Shown here: in pieces, positions 34,859 through 45,037 of the stretch
How the letters are laid out: the number at the start of each line of letters is the position of its first letter
Numbering within the stretch: the stretch's first letter is position 1
Origin: Alphaproteobacteria bacterium
Lineage (GTDB): Bacteria > Pseudomonadota > Alphaproteobacteria > JAAXGF01
Direction of reading: 5' to 3'
Assembly: GCA_963555825.3 (NCBI GenBank)
Contig: CAUVXB020000001.1
Location: 1,664,001-1,728,000 of the forward strand
DNA length: 64,000 nucleotides
Notes under the pieces: generated by a model
Database searches by the model: none
What the model saw: the letters and a program-made list of their open reading frames with translations, nothing else
What the model was told of the DNA's origin: nothing
Translations under genes and position numbers: made by a program

Positions 34859-36214
34859 ATGAAACCTGGATTGGCTGGCAATTTCCGGGGGTATCGGCAG
34901 GCCCAGCCTGCCGGCATCGACGAGGAACTCGCCCGCGTCGGACCGGGCACCCCGTGCGGTGAGTATCTGCGCTGCTTCTGGCACCCGGTCTTCATCACCA
35001 GCGAGCTCGACGATCTGCCAAAGGCGATCAAGATTCTCGGCGAGGAGCTGGTGCTGTTTCGCTATGGCGGCGGCGACGGGATCGGCCTGGTTCACAAATT
35101 CTGCCCGCACCGGCGCGCGTCACTCGAATTCGGCCGCTGCGAAGATCGTGGTATCCGTTGCTGCTATCATGGCTGGCTGTTCGCGCCGGACGGCGAAATC
35201 CTCGAGACGCCCGCTGAATTCTTGGATTCAAGAACCGCCATGCAGCTCCGCAAGGGCATTCGTCTGGGCGCCTATCCGGTGATCGAATACAACGGCCTGG
35301 TCTTCGCCTATATGGGGGCGCCGGAACGAATGCCGGACTTCCCGATCTATGATGCCTTCGAGATGGCGGACATCACCCGGCGTCCCTACAAGGCGTCCTA
35401 TGCCTGTAACTGGGTTCAGGTGCTCGACGCCATCATGGACCCGGCCCACACCACTTTCCTGCACAGCAAGAATAGCCGCCTGCAGTTCTCCGAAGGCATG
35501 TCGAGCATCGGCGAGCTCAAATTCTACGAGCGCCACGACAACCACTTGCTGGGCTCGTCCACGCGCCGGGTCGGTGACAATGCCTGGGTGCGGCTGAACG
35601 AACTGATCCTGCCCAACTTCACCCAGGCGGGCGCGGCCTACGCCGCCGACGGCACCAAGCCGCGCTACTTCGGCCGTTCCGCCTTCACCCGCTGGGTGGT
35701 GCCGGTGGATGACGAAAACGCCATCGCCTATGCCTGGGGCAATTTCGGCGAGCGCGGCGATCCTCACGAATACAACAGCAAGGAAGGCTGCGAACTGATC
35801 GAACAGGGCGAAATTATGGATCGCTCGCCCGAGGAAAGGCAGCGTCACCCGGGGGATTGCGAAGCCGTCGAGGGCATGGGCGCCATTTCCACCCAGAAGG
35901 GCGAAAATCTCATGCCGACCGACCGTGGCGTTGCCCTCTACCGCCGCACCATCCGCCGCCACATCCGTGAACTGGCCGACGGCAAGCAGCCGCCGCAGCC
36001 ACGCGCGCCCGAGGGCGGCTCGGTGCGCACCTATGGCCAGGATACGATCCTCCGCCTGCCGCCCATGGAGGGCGAAGACGACCGGGCCTACCTCATGAAG
36101 ATCGGCGCCGCGGTCATGGATATGGAGTTCGAATACGAGCGCCATGGCGATGCCGAGCGGGATGCGGCGATCATCGAGAACTTGATCGAAATCGAAGCCA
36201 ACGGCATCGCCTGA
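34859..36214 (+). CDS. Rieske non-heme iron oxygenase alpha subunit (phthalate/vanillate-oxygenase-like)
   Basis: CPHRRASL...CCYHGW Rieske motif; D..H...H iron ligands (MDPAHTTFLH). Confidence 0.9.
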   Translation: MKPGLAGNFRGYRQAQPAGIDEELARVGPGTPCGEYLRCFWHPVFITSELDDLPKAIKILGEELVLFRYGGGDGIGLVHKFCPHRRASLEFGRCEDRGIRCCYHGWLFAPDGEILETPAEFLDSRTAMQLRKGIRLGAYPVIEYNGLVFAYMGAPERMPDFPIYDAFEMADITRRPYKASYACNWVQVLDAIMDPAHTTFLHSKNSRLQFSEGMSSIGELKFYERHDNHLLGSSTRRVGDNAWVRLNELILPNFTQAGAAYAADGTKPRYFGRSAFTRWVVPVDDENAIAYAWGNFGERGDPHEYNSKEGCELIEQGEIMDRSPEERQRHPGDCEAVEGMGAISTQKGENLMPTDRGVALYRRTIRRHIRELADGKQPPQPRAPEGGSVRTYGQDTILRLPPMEGEDDRAYLMKIGAAVMDMEFEYERHGDAERDAAIIENLIEIEANGIA

Positions 36215-37230
36215 TGGCGATAAAGGTCCACATCAAGAACAACCGCTGGGCGGAAGGCTCGTTCCCAAATACGCCGGAAGGCGAAGAGGTCTTCACCATC
36301 ACCCGGGGGCGGTTCGAGAGCGCCGTCGCGGAATTTCCCGATATCGCCGACGCCATCGAAGTCTTCATCGATTGGGACAGCGAGAATTTCGCCGCATCGA
36401 TGAAGGACGCCGAGGTTCTGCTGACCTGGAACCTGCCGACCGAAGATCTCGGCGACGTGGCCCCGAAGCTGAAATGGATTCACTGCATCGGCGCCGGCGT
36501 CGAACATCTGCTGCCGATGGACTGGCTGCCCGAAGGCGTCGTGCTGACCAACAACAAGGGCGTGCACGCCGCCAAAGCCGGCGAATTCGGCCTGATGAGC
36601 ATACTGATGCTCCATTCCCATATGCCGACTATCGTCACCAACCAGCGCGATCGGGTCTATGATTCGCTCTATGCCTCGCCGATTGCCGGCAAGACCCTGG
36701 TGGTCATCGGCACCGGCACGCTGGGCGGTTCGGTGGCCAAGAAGCTGCAGGGACTCGGGGTTCACGTCATTGGCGTCAACCGGCACGGCAAGCCGGTCGA
36801 TGGCTGCGATGAGATCGTCACCAGCGGCCAACTGGAAGAGGTTCTGCCGCGCGCCGATTATCTGCTGTGCGCAACCCCGGACACGCCGGATACACGCGGG
36901 CTGCTCGGCCGCCGCCAGCTAGACCTGATGAAAACGCGCGCCGGCCTGGTGAACATCGGCCGCCAATCGATCGTCGACTATGATGCCCTGTGCGACAAGC
37001 TTGAAGAGGGCAGCCTGGCGGGCGCAATTGTCGATGTGTTCGACGCCGAACCGATCGCCGCCTCATCTCGGCTCTGGAACACCAGGAACCTGATCATCAC
37101 GCCCCACGTCTCGGCCGATGACGGCGATGCCTATGTGCCGATGACGATCGACTTGTTCCTGCGCAACATGGCGCTTCATCTGGCCGGCAAACCGCTGCTC
37201 AATCCGGTGCGCCCGGAACTGGGATATTAG
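36214..37230 (+). CDS. D-2-hydroxyacid dehydrogenase family protein
   Basis: GTGTLG, VNIGR, DVFDAEP, ITPHVS; TGATG coupling to the Rieske gene. Confidence 0.9.
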   Translation: MAIKVHIKNNRWAEGSFPNTPEGEEVFTITRGRFESAVAEFPDIADAIEVFIDWDSENFAASMKDAEVLLTWNLPTEDLGDVAPKLKWIHCIGAGVEHLLPMDWLPEGVVLTNNKGVHAAKAGEFGLMSILMLHSHMPTIVTNQRDRVYDSLYASPIAGKTLVVIGTGTLGGSVAKKLQGLGVHVIGVNRHGKPVDGCDEIVTSGQLEEVLPRADYLLCATPDTPDTRGLLGRRQLDLMKTRAGLVNIGRQSIVDYDALCDKLEEGSLAGAIVDVFDAEPIAASSRLWNTRNLIITPHVSADDGDAYVPMTIDLFLRNMALHLAGKPLLNPVRPELGY

Positions 37231-37419
37231 CCGTGTGATGGCGAAGCAGGGCAATACCGGTTGATAAAGGGTAACTACCCAGGTACCCCGCTCCTGACCG
37301 CGAGAGGATGATGTAGGTGGTCGCCGGGGCCGGGTTTCCGCCGCCGCGTCGTTGATCGTCTCTTGACTCCATAGAATCGGGCGTCTATGGGTTGCGCTCT
37401 CGTGTGACGGGAGCGGCGC

Positions 37420-38085
37420 GTGGGATATTTCGGGTCGAAGGCGACGAGCGGTCTGTGCCAGGCGCTGATTGCGCTGATGCCGCCGCACAGCGTTTACATC
37501 GAGAGCCACCTGGGGGGCGGTGCGCTGATGAAGCGCAAGCCAACGGGCGTGCGCTCGATCGGCATCGACCGCGATGCGCAGGCGCTCGAGGCCTTTGCCT
37601 GTGACTACCCGGTCGAGTTGGTGCATGGCTGTGCCCATGCCTTTTTGGCCTCGTTCCCGTTTCTGGGCCCGGAGCTGGTCTACAGCGATCCCCCCTATCT
37701 GCACGCGACCCGCCGTTCGGCACGGCGCTATCGCTTCGACTACGAGGAGGTCGACCATGTCGCGCTCCTGGACCTGCTCAAGGATCTGCCCTGCCAGGTG
37801 ATGGTCTCGGGCCATCCCTCGGCGCTCTATGACGAGATGCTGGCGGGCTGGCGCAGTCTGGCGCTGCAGGTGACGACCCAGGCCCAGGTGCGGACCGAGG
37901 TCGTGTGGTTCAACTTCGCGCCCGACCGGGTGCATTGGGCGAGCTACGCAGGCCGGAACTTCACCGACCGCCAGCGCATCAAGCGTAAGGCGGCCAACTG
38001 GGGCCGGCGTTACAAGGCCTTGCCGGCGGGCGAACGCCTCGCGGTGCTGGCCGCCATGATGGCCGTCGATGCCGAGGACCCGTGA
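37420..38085 (+). CDS. Dam-like N6-adenine DNA methyltransferase (221 aa)
   Basis: YFGSK, ESHLGGG (SAM-binding), DPPY catalytic motif. Confidence 0.85.
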   Translation: MGYFGSKATSGLCQALIALMPPHSVYIESHLGGGALMKRKPTGVRSIGIDRDAQALEAFACDYPVELVHGCAHAFLASFPFLGPELVYSDPPYLHATRRSARRYRFDYEEVDHVALLDLLKDLPCQVMVSGHPSALYDEMLAGWRSLALQVTTQAQVRTEVVWFNFAPDRVHWASYAGRNFTDRQRIKRKAANWGRRYKALPAGERLAVLAAMMAVDAEDP

Positions 38086-39620
38086 CGCTGTCGCGCTGGC
38101 ACGAGGACCTCGCCGCCCATGACGAGGCCTTCGCGTGCCTGCAAGATCTTCTTGACCCCTCATCCTTCGCAACCACAGTCGTCAAGGCCTTCCGGGAATG
38201 GGGCCAGGGGCTGTTGCGCCTGGCCACGGCGCTCGTCCGGGAGAATGCCGCGCTCGAGCGGGAGAACGCGACCCTGCGGGACCGCATCGCCGAGCTCGAG
38301 CGGAGCGCGGCGCTTGACAGCACCACCAGCAGCAAGCCGCCCGCCAGCGACGGCCTGCGCAAGAAGAGCGGAACCCAGAGGCGCACCCGAAGCCAGCGCG
38401 GCAAGTCCGGCAGGCCAAGCGGCGGCCAGCCGGGCCACAAGGGAACGACGCTGGCGCGGACCGAGAGCCCGGACCATGTTGTGGATCATGACCCCTCCGC
38501 CTGTTCGGGCTGCGGCGCACCGCTGTCGGACGCCGACCGTCACCGCGCGCCCGTCTGTCGACAGGTCTTCGATGTGCCCGAGCCACGCCCCCTGGAGGTC
38601 ACCGAACACCGCGCCCATCGCTGCCTCTGCGGCGCCTGCGCCACCGTGACAGGAGCCGTCTTCCCGGACGGCGTGACCGCCCCGGTCCAGTACGGGCCAC
38701 GCATCACCGCCTGGGTGAGCTACCTGCTGTACGCCCAGTTCGTTCCCGAGAAGCGCTTGGCCGAACTCATGAGCGACCTCTTCGCAGTGTCCATCTCCAC
38801 AGCCACGATCACCGCCATGGGCCGGCGAACCGCCAGGCGCTTCGAGCCCTTCCTCGCCCATGTCGCAGACGTGATCCGCACAGCGGTCCCGGTCAAGCAC
38901 CTCGACGAAACCGGCCTGCGGATCGCCGCCCGTACCCGCTGGCTCCACGTGCTGTGCACCCCATTCCTGACCGTCCTGCGCATCGGCGCGGGACGCGGCG
39001 ATGTCGAAAAGGACCTCGAAGGCATCCTCATCCATGACGATTACGCCGCCTACTTCACCCTCAAGGGCGTGCGCCACGGCGCCTGCAACGCCCATCACCT
39101 GCGCGAACTCCAGGCCCTGATCGACATCGAGAAGGAAGACTGGGCAAAGAGCATGCACCGCCTCCTTGAGCGCGCACACAGGGCTACCCGCTTCTCCCGT
39201 GAGAACGGCCGCGACGTGCCCGCCTCCCTGGTGGCCCGGATCTCGCGGGCCTGGGCCCGCATCCTCGACCACGCCATCGCCTTCCACGAGGCGCAGCCGC
39301 CGCTCCGGACCGGCAAGCGCGGACGAAAGAAACGCCGCATCGGTCATAACCTCGCGCTCCGCCTCCGCAAGCACAAGGAGGGATGCCTGCGATTCCTCAC
39401 CGACCCGCGCACGCCGTTTACGAACAATGAGGCCGAACGTGACCTCCGAATGGCCAAGCTGCGCCAGAAGATCTCCGGTGGCTTCCGCTCCGAGAGGGGT
39501 GCCTACAACTTCGCCAGAATGCGTGCCGTCATCGCCACCGCCCGAAAGCAAGGCTGGAACGTCCTCCAGACCCTGGTGCATCCCGATCCGATGCAACTAA
39601 TCCCCCAACTGCGCCTCTGA
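38082..39620 (+). CDS. IS66 transposase (TnpC-like, 512 aa)
   Basis: Coiled coil, SSKPPASD, GGQPGH, zinc finger, HLDETG, CNAHHLREL, TNNEAERDLR. Confidence 0.93.
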   Translation: MTLSRWHEDLAAHDEAFACLQDLLDPSSFATTVVKAFREWGQGLLRLATALVRENAALERENATLRDRIAELERSAALDSTTSSKPPASDGLRKKSGTQRRTRSQRGKSGRPSGGQPGHKGTTLARTESPDHVVDHDPSACSGCGAPLSDADRHRAPVCRQVFDVPEPRPLEVTEHRAHRCLCGACATVTGAVFPDGVTAPVQYGPRITAWVSYLLYAQFVPEKRLAELMSDLFAVSISTATITAMGRRTARRFEPFLAHVADVIRTAVPVKHLDETGLRIAARTRWLHVLCTPFLTVLRIGAGRGDVEKDLEGILIHDDYAAYFTLKGVRHGACNAHHLRELQALIDIEKEDWAKSMHRLLERAHRATRFSRENGRDVPASLVARISRAWARILDHAIAFHEAQPPLRTGKRGRKKRRIGHNLALRLRKHKEGCLRFLTDPRTPFTNNEAERDLRMAKLRQKISGGFRSERGAYNFARMRAVIATARKQGWNVLQTLVHPDPMQLIPQLRL

Positions 39621-39713
39621 GAACACCGGCACCGCTACCAGCCCGGACCCCCACGATCCCTCACATACAAACGCTCGGGCCAATCAGACCTGGGTAGTTA
39701 CAAATAGAAAAAA

Positions 39714-42700
39714 TTATTTGATCGTTTTCTCGATGAACCCGAGTGTATTGGCGTTCTCGATCAAGGTTCGTACTTTCGCGCGATCCAGACCGGATGGAAC
39801 TTCGGCGTCGATCTCGAGTTTTAGGGTAACCTCGCTGCCGGGAAGGGTCGTGAGTTGCTCGACAACGGCCTCGACGATTTGATGGATATCCCGCGCCGGC
39901 CGGTCCGACGAAACCATGACAGTGCCAATGAACCGGGTCGGTTTCGTTTCGGTTTCCCGGCCGTTATCCACCACGCCAACATCATCTTCCGGTGTCTTCG
40001 TGCCACCCGAAGAAGGCGAACCGTCGTTTAGGTCTCCAGAGAGACCCGCGGCGGCGGGCGGTGCGCTTCGGCGATATCCGGTCTCACAATGAGACTTTCG
40101 TTGCCGATGACCACCTGGACGTTCGCCGCGTTATCTATAGTAAGACCTTGGTAGGTTCGAGCGGTCTCGTCCCAGCTTTCGGCGTAGGCGAATGGCCCCG
40201 GCAGCATGCCCCCGATGGCCGAGGCGACGGTCCTGACAAGCACCGAGCGGTCCTTCAGCCGCGGCAGGTAGGTATAGCGGTCGAGATATTCCCTGAGATC
40301 CTGCAGGGACAGATGGTCCTTACCGTTCCATATGTACCTCTGGAGTTCTCGATCCAGTCTCGCCGGACCGAGGTCGGGCAGAAGGCCTTCCTCGTCGACG
40401 AGCCTTTTGCTCGCTCGTCCAAGAAGGCCGTCGCGGGCTGGCACCTTACCCGATGTCCACGCAACATCCGCCTCCGCGCCTTCTTGCGTCGGATATAGAA
40501 GGTAGCACCAAGCCTCTTTGAGGCGCGTTCGCACGGTCTCGTTCGCCTCAGCTAGCTTTGCCTTCGCAAGCGCGCTATCGCTTTGGGTCAGGTTGAGACG
40601 TTCCGTTTCGCGAACGATCCCGTCCCAGGCCAAGACCCCGCGCATGGCCTCCTTGAGGTTGTCGAGTTGCCGCGTCTCGGCGGCGAGAAACACCAGCACA
40701 TTGCGATAGACGCGCGGCGTGCCTCCCCGTTGCATCAAAATATCTTTGGCCACCGTCATCGCCTCGGACCCGTCGCGGCCGTTATGGGAATGCGCGATAC
40801 CGAGCACGATGGCGCGCACTCCGCCCGCTTCATCCGGCACGTCTGCAGAGCTTCCAGGCGCCACCTGCACGGCGTCGAAGCGGCCGCGGTCACCGAGCCC
40901 GTTGATATAGGCCGCCAACAACTTGTCGATCTCCACCAGAACAAGCGCTTCCTCGACCTGTTCGGCCCGGTCGGCAGCGACACGGTTGAGGCTCGCCGAC
41001 ATGGAGTACCAATAGCGGCCGAGATCGCCGTGCATGAACCTGGCCCGGTTGCCGAGCCGCCTCAGCGCGTCGCCGAAGACCGCCGGCTTCTCGCCCGGCT
41101 GCACGACGCCCAGATTGATCTGCTTGTCGTCGAGGCCTCTATTCTCTTGCTGGTGCGTCGGGGCCGTGCCCATGAAGATGGCGCGGGCAACCCGCCGGGT
41201 CGCGGAGTATCGGTTCAGATTGGGGGCCGACTGATCGATTTTGTAGGGGATCGACTCCGGGCCGTCGACATCGCCAGCGATGATCGATTGCCAACTCACC
41301 TCGAGATAGTGAAGCAACTCCGATTCTACGCGCGCCGAACCGACCGCTACGCTCCCCGGCATGATCATCACCGAGGGATCGTTGTTCATCCACAGTTCGT
41401 GAATGGCTTGGGCCATCAGCCGCAGCACGCCGCGCGTGCGTTGAAATCGCTCCAGTGAGCCCCAGCCCGTATAGAGCTGATCGAAGAGTTCCGGATGGAT
41501 GGGGTAAGCTTTCTCAAGTTTGCGCCGGTAATCTTCATCGGCCGAGCCGCGAGGAAACTCGTTTGCGTTTTCTCGATAGAGCTTGGCGAACTGCTTCAGC
41601 GTGTTGTCCCGGTGGTGAAACTTGTCGCCGGGAATGTCCTTGAACAGCCGCCGGCGGACGATTTCGTAGCTCTCTTCCTGCGATGCCGGCCGCCAGGACG
41701 ACTCGACCCGGGAGAAGGTCTGCTTGAGCCTGACCAGCGCTTCCTGTCCGCCGTCTCCGCCGACCTCGATCTGCGAAGCCGGAAGCGCCGCCACAAGTAG
41801 CGTTCCGGGACTGGTCTTGACCGCCTCCGTCAAGGACTGAACGAAGCTCAAGTTGGCGTCGAAGGAGCCGGACGGCAGGCCATCGACCTTGTATATCTGG
41901 CGTAGATAGGCCACCCACTCGTCGATCAGGATCAGGCACGGCGAGCATTTCCTGAAAATTTCCTCCAGGAGGTTCGACCCAGGCGCGATACCCTTGGCGT
42001 CGTTCTCGGCGATCATGTCGAAGGCGTCCGCGCCGCCCAGTTGCCAGGCCATCTCGCCCCAGGTCGTGCGAAATTCGCGGCCGCCTTCCTGGGCGTTGAC
42101 GTCCTGCGGGCCGCGCCATGTGCCGACCACAACCGCGCGGTTGATATGTTGCGGTACCGCCGCGCCGTGCTCCGACAGAAGCTGGTCGAGGCCGGGCAAA
42201 TCCCGCGCCGGCGTTCCGCCGGCCATATGATAAAGCGCCAGCATGGAGTGGGTCTTGCCGCCGCCAAAATTGGTCTGAAGCTCGACCACCGGATCGCCGC
42301 CCGCGTCGGAGAGTCTCTTGGCGGCGCCGACCAGAAGCGCGCCGAGGCCGTCGGTGAGGTAGGTGCGGCCAAAGAACTCCCGCGGATCGCCGTATTCCGA
42401 AGGCGCGCTGCCGGCATGGACCTTGCCGAGATCGGCGGCGAACTCCGCCTGCAGGAACTCGCCGGTCGCAACGTCCTGGTGTGGCTCGACGACCTCGCGC
42501 CACGGCAGCAACCCTCCAGCCGCATCGACAGAAATCTCTGAGCGGCTGGTCTTGCGGCGCTCCTCGTTGCGCTGAAGCTCGGTGAACTTGGTGCGCAGGA
42601 TCGTGTCACGCATCTTGCCGAGTTGTTCGGCGGGTGCGCCGGCGCCGATCGCTTGCATCAGGCGCCGCATGGAATCCAACGCGCGTTCGGCATCGTCATA

Positions 42701-43009
42701 GGTAAACGTCTCGTTATGCGAGAGCTTGTTACGGATATCGACCAGTTCGTTCACGATCGAGCGTTCGGCGCGCCCCAGCACGGCCTTGAAGGCGTCCGTC
42801 CAGAACCGGTCCATCGCGTTGAGCAGTGCGGCCTGATCCCAAGCAATATTTCCGTTGGAATCGGGCTTCAGACCGTTCACCCGCTCAGCCGTCGCGACCT
42901 GCCAGTGTCCGGTCAGCGCGCTTTCCAGGCGTTTTTCGACAAAGGGAATCAGCGCGTCGGGCAGGATCTCCATGCCCTCGAAAACATGTTGGCGCGTGCT
43001 CTTGGCCAT
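39714..43009 (-). pseudogene. DUF499 AAA+ ATPase with Swt1-like HEPN N-terminus; frameshifted near 40030
   Basis: RNKLSH HEPN-like motif; PWREVVEPHQDV...EFAADL; QTNFGGGKTH; LIDE; C-terminal domain in a separate frame at 39714-39974. Confidence 0.85.
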
Positions 43010-43022
43010 GCGCTACATCTCC

Positions 43023-44100
43023 TTATAGGTCCAACGCGCCTTGCCTGTCGCCACGTGTGTCGTGGAGTGCCGCCGCCTGGCGGGTCAGTTCCGGCCATAC
43101 CGCGATCAGGCCGTTATAGGCTGCCGCCTCGCCGGCGTCCCGCCTCTTGTTGGCGCAGATGTCGTAAAGGCAATAAGCCAGGTCCTTGGCTGCATCCGCA
43201 TGCCCGCCGCCGATCTTCCGGAGAAGCAGCCCCGCCGCCTGCTCACCGCCCTGCTCCAGCTCGCGGATCAGATGCTGACAGCATTCCCACACGGTCAGGT
43301 GGGTGTCGTCCGCTGGATCCCAGCCGGCGTCGATCTCGTCGCGCTTGAGGATGCGCACCTTGCCGGCGGCGCTGTCCACGATCCCGGCATGCTTCACGCT
43401 GTCGACCGAGATACCGCGCGCCGTGGCAATGCTGTTCGCGGTGCCGTAGTCCCCCGCGGCCAAGCCGTTCTGCTCGAACCAGGTGATGGCGAAGCGGGTA
43501 TCGGCGTCGAATTCGCCCTGGATACCGCCCAGATACTCGTCGAGTTCGCGGTTGATGAGCTGCAACGCGGTCTTCACGGTCATCGGGCTGTCGTCGGCTT
43601 CCAGCACGGCTTTGCAGCGGCTGAAGACGCCCATGCCCGGGCCGATGGCCGATTGCGGCATGTCGGCTGGGGAAATGTTGGCTTTTTGAAGTTCCTCAAT
43701 GGCCGGGGGTAGTTCTCGTTTGAGGGCTCCGATAAACTCGGCGCGGCTGATGGTCTCGGCGCTGTCTTCCTTCTTGCGGCAGACCAGGACGACCGAGTTG
43801 GCGAGGGCGTTGGTCCCCGAGGCAATTGTGCGGGCTGCTCTTTCCGTCCGAACCGGCCAAGTGCCTACGACAGCATAGCCCGAGGAGATAACCGCTTGAA
43901 GGAATGTCGCCCAACCTGTCGAGCTGATTCCCTCTTGTTCAATCTCGCTTTGTTTGAAGGCATAATAGATGGTCGCGGGATAGTCGCTCGCCGATTGTTT
44001 GGCGAGCTGAGATATCGCGTCTGTCATCCCAGAGAGAAAAAAGCTTCCGCCGACACTCTTCCGCCATGCCGATATGGTGTGGCGACAAGCTCTTCGGCCG
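43023..44100 (-). pseudogene. C-terminal part of a DUF1156 adenine-specific DNA methylase, truncated by IS256
   Basis: TIYYAFKQ, TGWATFL, TWPVRTE, NALANS, QSAIGPGMGVFS; 1-nt frameshift in a T run near 44040. Confidence 0.82.
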
Positions 44101-45037
44101 GCGATGTCCCTATCTCTGTTGAAATTCGTGGGGCAGGCGTCGCTGGTTGATGATGCTATGCTGCCTTCATGATGGTTTCAATGGCACTGTCGGCCAGAGC
44201 CTTTCTCAAGTGTTCCTGGAGAGCATTTCGGAGGATGGGCAGCTGGCGATAGGCCTTGAGGCGACGGAAGGTTTTCTGGGCCTCCAGCAGGCCGGCGGCG
44301 GTCCATCTGAGCGCCATCTCGGCGTGTCTCCAGCGTTTGACGTTGCGGGTGACCTGGCGCACCGTGCCGAGCGCGTTCTCGACGATGTTGGTGCAGGCGA
44401 GCGAGCGCCGGAGTTCGTGCGGCAGGCCGAGGCGGATGACGGTGAGGATCTCCTCCAGCCCCTCCAGGATGCTGCCCGAGACGCCCGGTTCCTCATGCTC
44501 CAGACGCCGGACCAGGTTGCGCAAGAGCCGCTCGGCCTTGTTTGCGTCGTCCTGGTCCCAGGCCTGACGGAGCGCCTTCTTGACGCTCGCGTGCAAATGT
44601 TGGGGCAGGCGCTCGATGATGTTACGGCCCTTGTGGACCTGGCAGCGCTGGATGGCGGCGGCCACACCGAAGGTGTTTCGGATCGCTTTGCTGAGTGCCT
44701 TCGCGCCATCGACGATGAACAGCCGCGGCAGTGTCGGATCGAGCCCCCTGGCGAGGAGATTGTCGATCAAGGCCTGGACGACGACCGTGTTCTCCGTCGC
44801 CCCCTCGACCACGGCCAGGACATGCTTGTCGCCGTTGCCATCGACGCCGATCGCCGCCATCAGGACATGGTCGCCGACATGCAGACCGTCGATCTGGATG
44901 ACTAGCAGGTCGAGTTCCGAGATATCCGAGGCGAGCCAGGCCTTCATCTTCTTGCGTGACAGCGCCACAAAGCGCCGGGAAACGGCCGACTTCGAGGTGC
45001 CGTCGCCACGCGCTTTCGCCAGGTCGCCCTCGGGCAG
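44101..45037 (-). mobile_element. IS256-family type C, 3' fragment (ORF 44156-44968)
   Basis: IDG, VDGAKAL, QRCQVHK, CTNIVEN; truncated by IS256 type B. Confidence 0.85.

Larger units (their letters stand above)
37271..39701 (+). mobile_element. IS66-family element with methyltransferase passenger
   Basis: Perfect 14-bp TIR GTAACTACCCAGGT / ACCTGGGTAGTTAC; no TSD. Confidence 0.9.

Noticed and set aside
31473-39701. Composite transposon carrying the Rieske oxygenase and dehydrogenase
   Set aside because: Flanking elements are different families (IS1380, IS66) and there is no shared outer TSD
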